Below, piece by piece: positions 49,525 through 64,000 of a DNA stretch of 64,000 bases; within the stretch, counting starts at the first letter, position 1, and every line of letters starts with the position of its first letter. A program made the position numbers and the translations under genes. The stretch is from Macrostomum lignano (taxonomy: Eukaryota). The DNA is taken from assembly GCA_002269645.1 (NCBI GenBank), contig NIVC01000738.1, positions 186,001 to 250,000 on the forward strand, given 5' to 3'. The notes below the pieces were generated by a model that was not told the origin of the DNA, did not search any database, and was given only the letters and a program-made list of their open reading frames with translations.

Positions 49525-50175
49525 TATATTCTATTATATTCAATTCCATTCTATTCTATTTTATTCTATTCTGTTCTATTCCACGTCTATTCTATTCCAT
49601 TCTCTTCTATTCTATTCTATTCTAGTCTAGTCTATTCTATTCTATTCTATTCTATTCTATTCTAGTCTAGTCTATTCTATTCTATTCTATTCTAGTCTAG
49701 TCTATTCTATTCTATTCTATTCTATTCTATTCTATTCTAGTCTAGTCTATTCTATTCTATTCTATTCTATTCTATTCTAATCTAGTCTATTCTATTCTAT
49801 TCTATTCTAGTCTAGTCTATTCTATTATATTCTATTCTAGTCTAGTCTATTCTATTCTAGTCTATTCTATGCTATTCTATTCTATTCTATTCTATTCTAT
49901 TCCATTCCATTCTATTCAATTCTACTCTATTCTATTCTATTCTATTCTATTCTATTCTATTCTATTCTATTCTATTCTTTTCTATTCTATTCTATTCTAT
50001 TCCATTCTATTCTATTCTATTCTACGGCTCGTATTCCATTCTATTCTATTCTATTCTATTCTATTCTATTATATTCTATTCTATTGCATTCTATTCTATT
50101 CTATTCTATTCTATTCTATTCTATTATATTCTATTCTATTGCATTCTATTCTATTCTATTATATTATACTCTATT
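49525..50175. repeat. (TATTC/TAGTC)n pentanucleotide microsatellite
   Basis: Direct observation. Confidence 0.97.
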
Positions 50176-52938
50176 TCATACAGTAAAAACGGATAGAATT
50201 ACGAGCAGGAGCCATTCCGTGCAACTCTACTGTCAATCATCGCACAAGCATGACCTTCTTTGCTTATTTTGAGTGGACAGGAAGAGAAGGCGGGGGGGAG
50301 GGCGAGAAAGAGTCGAGAGTGAGAACGATAGTCACGTGATTTTCCGAATCGACTGGCTGCTCAGCCCCGGTTCCCAGCAGAGAATTTTGAGGCTTTTTCT
50401 ATTCCAGAGCTGTTTAATCAGCTGGCACCCGCAATGCACCGGTCCGCAGCTAAACTGACAGCAGATGGTTGGACAGCCGAGCAGGCAAACATGGCCTCAC
50501 CAATGTGGCCCTTAAAATAAGCTGCTCACTGAGTACCTTTGACATTTATGTGCTTTTCTGCAGTTCTCTGGGGTATCAGGCCGGTGGTCAACCAGTCTCC
50601 GCATGGGTGGCCCCCTTGTGTCAGACTGAATGCCAATCAGAAGCCAAAAGTACTGACATGTACATCTAGATACAAGCAAATTTATGTACCAGCTATAGTG
50701 AAAACATTACTTTTTGTGTGGTTCACTGTTTCTTGCGGTGTTACATAGCGAAATGGTCTCAAGCTCATCTTGGAATCTCTTTGACTGCCCGACTTGCTTC
50801 ATTATGATTTATTGCCGTGTATGAGCAACTCTATGTGAGCCCTGCTCGCACAGCCCATTAGCAAACCCGAAACTCGTCAAGCGCGATTGCAATTTAAACA
50901 ATAATTTGCTCAATAGGCGTGTAAATATGCTATAAGCCTCTCTGACACTTTTGCGCTCATCCAACCAGATTGGCGGCAAAGGCGGCAGTTAGTATTATAC
51001 AGTGATGGCAGACATCTCGCACAAATTCACAGTCGATAAAGCTCTGCAATGCGCCATTCTCTCCGCCTCTCCCGCATGCATGGATTGCGGGCTTGTCTCA
51101 ATGCGGGGTCTTAGGTTGCACGGCCAAGGAGTGCGTATTTCATTGGCCTGCAGTGCGGGGGGCGAGTTCAATACAGATAGATTTATACTGTATTCAACGA
51201 CTAGCACGGCCTTGCAACCCTGTAATAGCAGCAGTTGGCTCAGTTCGAAAGAAGACTGCTTAGTGTAGGCAGTGGGCAGGAGTGAGGGGTGGCCTTGTGT
51301 TACTTATTGCTGCACAGGCAAAGCTCGATATCACTACGGGTTTCGGGGCGTAGTGGCAAAATACATGGTATTGTATAAGGCTCGCTCTTCACCTCCCCCC
51401 ACAGCTGTACATTCTCCTGTGCCCCCTTGATCGCGCCAAAATGACAGACCACAGCGCGACAAGCTCTGTAGCTCTGCCTCTTGTCTCCAGTGCCGCTCGC
51501 TCCAGCTATATAATAATGCGGGTCTTCGCGTCGACGCAGCTCAGCTGGTCCTGGCGGTGCAACGCTACAGCGAACCCACCCTCCCCATTTTTCTATTGCG
51601 GCAACATTCTCTCTATTTTAAAGAAGCAACTCTTCTTGTAGGTGGGTTAGTTCAAATTATTCTCGCACGGTCTGAGAATATATATCAGCATAAAAGTTGC
51701 CAGAGTTACAGGCTTATAAATAGCCACTGTTTGTACTGCAAAGCTTTATACCGGCGAATATCGTAGTGCAAAAAGCGTTTGCACAAGCCTTTCAGTTTGT
51801 AACAATTACGAAACTAATAGACTTTGAGAAGTTTAATTCTTATTCTCAAACTTTTCCTCATGGAGGGTTTTTGTAAGTGCTTTCAATTTATTTATTTTAA
51901 CTAGCTATAAACATTAACATGTATATTTACATGTACATATGTCCATATGTACATGTACTGCACACGAACATTTGAAGAAGTATAGCGCCGCTGCATGTGT
52001 CATGTAAATTGAATTATCTCTTACAGGATAATAATCAAATGAACAAGCACAAATTCGATTGTCTGCAAAAATATCACTTAGGATAAAGATCGATTTATTA
52101 TAGGACATCAATAAATCTACTAGTCCTTTTCGATCAGAGCTACCCACCAGTATATGCAATCCTCTTACAGAATAAATCCTCTAGATTCTCTCTCTCTTTA
52201 ATCAAAATTTCCTTTTCATGGCGCAGACAGAGTCAGGGGCCCAGTAAACACATAAGAACTAAAAATCGTAATGTGCTACAGAAGAGAATGTTTTCGAGCA
52301 CTTTAGTGTCATTTGGCTGTGCATCTATTCTTCTTCTGTTAAAAAGTTACAGACGTGCTAGATTTTTGCGTTCAATTTTCATTTTCTCCCTATCATTTTA
52401 GAACTTAAGAATTTCTACAAGGAAGACCTATCTCGTTGAAATTTTCGCTTTTGTTCACAGCTATTTTATAGGGAAAATGTACACGGAATCCAGAACAAAA
52501 CATTTCTTCAATTTCCTAAGCACCATTTTAACGGTTTCCATGGTTCCGCAATAACGACACTAAGAGCGGACTTGATTTTTATTTTCCAAGAACAACTTGA
52601 CAACACTTCATCTGAAAAAATCTCACAAAATTCGGCTTATAAGTGTGGATTTGCTTTAATCGTTCTTATTTGATTAAAATCAAATCTAAATAAAGTATGA
52701 ATCTTTTCAAAAATAAGTTTAGTAACGCTCCTAGTAAGAAGAACGACCCATCAGATGGTATGTTTTACTTTTGTAAGATTTTTTCGAGGCCAATGCTCAG
52801 CCACTTAAAATTAAAAAGTATTTGTCTTGATAATCACATAATTTAGGCCTGTCTATTAGCAGAAAAGGTAATACTAGAACATGTATTAACCACATAGAAT
52901 TGTAATCTAAACTGATGCTTTATAACTAAAGTTCCAAT

Positions 52939-53132
52939 CAGGGGCATAGCCAGGAATTTCCTAAGGGGGATACAGATACACCAAGGTGAATTTTCTACGG
53001 GGGGGATACACCAAGGTAAAAGTGCTATGACAGAGTCACATGGTAGCATGTATAGCAACAAAGGGCAACAAAAAGTTTTGGTCAGGCTCTTGGGGGGATA
53101 TATCTCCCCTACCCCCCCTCCCTATGCCTTGG
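52939..53132. mobile_element. Decayed short MITE (CAGGGGCGTAGCCAGG type)
   Basis: Left CAGGGGCATAGCCAGG, right CCCTATGCCTTGG; flanks GTTCCAAT and GTTCCCAT; CpG sites appear converted. Confidence 0.45.
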
Positions 53133-53762
53133 GTTCCCATTTCTAAATAAACTTATATTCATAATAAAAATTATTGACAACAGAAAATATGGCTTAAAAA
53201 ATGAGATCTAGGACTTTTAAGCCTATGCTTATAGCATAAATTAAGTTTCCTATGGCTAAATTCATAAAGGTTCTTTAGTCCTAGTATTTGCTATTTTGAA
53301 TTGAGTAGAATCTTATACCTCTATTATGTTTCTAACTAGTATTAATAATAACCATAAAATATTATAAATTAGTCCTGTCTTAGGAATATTACCCATTTTT
53401 ATTTAGGAATTTTTAGGTGTAAAAAAATTTCTAAATTTGATTCAAAAAGATATAAATGTTTAATATCAACTATTTTACTTTATTAAAAGTCAAGAATATT
53501 TTTTTCAAAATTTAAAATTTATACTATCTATAGACATAGCTAAAAAGAGGCCTAGTTATTAAACAACTTGTAAGCAAGAAAGTATGTAAGTCTATCTTGC
53601 TATATATATATAATATGTGCAAGTCTTATTTGCATAATGAAATAATGTCAAAATTGTACTATATACACAGATACACAAGTGGAATTTTAATTTTTATAGA
53701 TACAAAATATATCCTAGAAGTAGTGTCACTTTTGCTTGCTTCTACAAGTATCAATATATGTT

Positions 53763-54991
53763 CAGTGTTGGGCAAGTTACTCAAAAAAAGTAACTTGCGT
53801 TACTGTAACTTAAGTTACCACTTTTTAAAAAGTAACTTACGTTAGCCTAGTAACTTTGAACAAAAACCCGGTAACTTTTAAGTTACTTCCGTTACTTACT
53901 TCCGTTACCTATGTTATTAACAAAATTTTCTGCTTTTTTAACATTGCAAATGCGCTGGAACAGCACAAATGATCGCGAAAGCCAGGAGGAAGAATACAAC
54001 AACATTAATTTCAGTAACTGTATTAAATTTTAATCACTTTAGGCCCTTTCCGTAAAAAGAAGAGAAGCTGAAGGTCAGAAACGTTAAAGGCAAAACGCAA
54101 TTTAATTTTTAATAACATTATAAGTTATAATACACAAGGACAACTTAACGTAACTTCAGTTGTCCTTGATAATACATCGCTCGTAATAAGTACCTGGCTT
54201 TACTCCGCTCTACAGTCTGCTTTACTAGTCTTTTTATTTATTTTCAATTATTATCATAATATTAAATTATTGTGCAGTGCAGTGCAGTGCCAGTGGACTT
54301 TAGTGGTGTAGCCAGGGAGGCCGCCTTAACAATCGTTGGGGCGGCAACTTCACCCCACCTGCAAGACACCCCACCTGGGGGTGGGGTTTGGCGTGGCGGG
54401 TACCAAAAACCATGAGGCGATTGAGTGCCTGCGGCGCTTAAATGAGTGCCTGCGGCGCTTAAATGAGTGCTTGCGGCGCTAAAAGTGGCAATGGCATGAG
54501 GCATGGCCAGCCAGGCCAACCCGCCCCCCCCAATTAAAATTCCTGGCTACGTCGATCACTGAGTGGATTTGTGGAGACTACAGATGAATTTCTTTCTTTG
54601 GTTGTTTGTTTCTAAGAACTAAACAAAATATTTTTATTAACTTAAAAACGAAAAGCAAAAATATTTTACCGAAAATAACAAAGTAAAAACATGTTTCAAG
54701 TATTTCTTTATTAATTACAGCGTAATACCGTATGATATTATTCACTTAGTTTTGAATTTAGGAATGAAAAATGCTAAAAATGTGACAACTGGCGTAATAG
54801 CTAAGCATATCAGTTTTAAATTTAAATATTGCGATTGTTGCAAAGTAACTGTAACGGACTTCCGAAATTTGAGTAACTTACCGTTACTCCGTTACCAAAA
54901 TAGGAAAGTAACTTGCGTAAGGAACGCTTTACGAAAAAGTAACTTGCGTTACCATTTACAAGTTACTCGGTAACGGAAGTGCCCAACACTG
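53763..54991. mobile_element. Non-autonomous hAT element
   Basis: TIRs CAGTGTTGGGCA / TGCCCAACACTG; perfect 8-bp TSD TATATGTT (53755-53762 and 54992-54999); clustered GTAAC/GTTAC subterminal repeats. Confidence 0.92.
54301..54561. mobile_element. Small MITE nested in the hAT element
   Basis: TAGTGGTGTAGCCAGG ... CCTGGCTACGTCGATCACTG imperfect TIRs; internal TGAGTGCCTGCGGCGCTTAAA x3. Confidence 0.55.
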
Positions 54992-56175
54992 TATATGTTA
55001 AAAAAATTATATGCCTTAAAGTTAGCGGCTTATTTTAGCTTTCATGCCACAAAATCTAATTTTTATAGTGCTTCTTGCTGTGAGCAGCATGCATTTGTTT
55101 GCATACCCTTGGTCATAGAAATATACATTGCATAGTGCTTCTATGCTCACTCAGAAAAAGCATATATTGAATTCATATGCTAGGTTTTTTTAGGTTAGAA
55201 AGGAAATCTAGTTGCTAGCTGGCCTTATAGGACTCAAAATCCAGTTGCCAATGGCTATTTTTTGTTGCCTATTCGTAACTAGCCAAATCTCAAGGATGGA
55301 TATTTCCAAGGTTGTTTGAAAAGTAGAAATTTGTTTTCTTAAGTCTAAGATTGCTATCTATGTTGCAAACAATAATAAACTAAACAAATCCATCATATTG
55401 ATTCATATGGCACTTTTAATATATTTACAAAATCGTTTTTTAAACTAGCAACTGGCATAGGGATAATGAAGTTGCCATATTGGCTTCTGATGCCAAAAAT
55501 CCAATTGCCAATGAGATTTTCAAGGGGCCAAAACCCTATATAGCCCAAAAGACCCAGTTATGAATAGTTATGAATAAAACTATTTTAATAGATTTTACAA
55601 ATAATGTTTTGATTGAATTTATTAATTATATCAACTTCAAATTCTAAGATAATAATATTATTAATGCTAGAGATTTTAGGCATTTAAGCTATAGAAAATA
55701 AATTTGGCTATACTGTATAATATAATAATAAAATAAATAAGGAAACTCAAAATTTGCTTCTTATAAAGAATATATTAGTAAAATTTTTATTTTCAATAGA
55801 AATAAAATAGGAATATTTTAGAGAAATCTATCTACTATAGATAATTTTAGATCAATTGAAAGTTCATTAATATAGTATTATGATATAATTATAGACTTAT
55901 TGGAAATCCTATATTTAGCAGATTGTATCTAGTATCAGTATGCTAAAAATAATTAAATTAGCATAGGCATAGATATATATATATAAATATGATTTAGATT
56001 GGTTTCATAAACATTCAAGCAAGGAATCTATTGATCAATAGGTAGAAAGCCAAAGTATAATAATAAAAAAATAGTCAAATAGTTAAAAAATTATAAAATA
56101 CATCAGAAAATATAATATACAAAACAGTAAAACAAAACAGTTATTTATATTGCTTATTCCCTAAATTCTTCATAA

Positions 56176-56645
56176 TGACTGCCAGTAGTCACCTATCACT
56201 CCTCAGACTGACTGCCAGTAGTCACCTATCACTCCTCAGACTGACTGCCAGTAGTCACCTATCACTCCTCAGACTGACTGCCAGTAGTCACCCATCATAC
56301 CTGACACTGACTGCCAGTAGTCACCCATCACTCCTCACACTGACTGCCAGTAGTCACCCATCATACCTGACACTGACTGCCAGTAGTCACCCATCATACC
56401 TGACACTGACTGCCAGTAGTCACCCATCACTCCTGACACTGACTGCCAGTAGTCACCCATCATACCTGACACTGACTGCCAGTAGTCACCCATCATACCT
56501 GACACTGACTGCCAGTAGTCACCCATCATACCTGACACTGACTGCCAGTAGTCACCCATCATACCTGACACTGACTGCCAGTAGTCACCCATCACTCCTG
56601 ACACTGACTGCCAGTAGTCACCCATCACTCTTCACACTGACTGCT
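56176..56645. repeat. Intronic minisatellite, 33-bp unit, upstream of the PKA acceptor
   Basis: ACTGACTGCCAGTAGTCACCCATCATACCTGAC, about 14 copies. Confidence 0.95.
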
Positions 56646-56707
56646 AGTGCCATTACTGCTGCTGTGTCACCCGCTAACCCTCTTTGTCCCCACCTTCCCA
56701 ATGCCAG

Positions 56708-64000
<7,293 letters not shown>

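Noticed and set aside
50273-50460. GA-rich segment with CACGTG E-box as a PKA promoter
   Set aside because: A single short motif with no strong phase-1 first exon nearby; unsupported without TSS data.

Overview
Eukaryotic (metazoan invertebrate) genomic DNA. GC3-rich short exons, a different tandem-repeat array in nearly every larger intron, and TTAGGG repeats resemble the flatworm Macrostomum lignano, but the organism is an inference. Host genes: (1) a PLEKHG5-like DH-PH RhoGEF on + (exons 68-8158, 5' end outside the window, 3' end unresolved); (2) intronless UBE2C on - (15989-16465); (3) two-exon FNTA on - (17875-19395); (4) a PKA catalytic subunit on + (56708 to window end, candidate first exon at 45156) with a tandemly duplicated, apparently mutually exclusive catalytic-loop exon pair. 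The 19.4-56 kb interval is a nested TE landscape: a hypermutated MULE transposase relic split by a mariner derivative, a foldback/MULE element with a perfect 9-bp TSD, Ty3/gypsy RT and integrase remnants, a Crypton-type tyrosine-recombinase fragment, an RTE-like LINE, hAT-type MITEs, an interstitial telomeric tract and large satellites. Best leads: (a) blocks of near-total CpG loss with apparent CG->TA / TG->TA conversion (RIP-like signature) over old DNA transposons; (b) an intact 202-aa ORF with a death-domain-like pattern inside an LTR-like module that ends at a tRNA-Leu PBS; (c) the PKA exon pair; (d) a possible trans-spliced FNTA-UBE2C operon; (e) intronic minisatellites that amplify splice sites. 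All domain calls are by eye; no searches were run.
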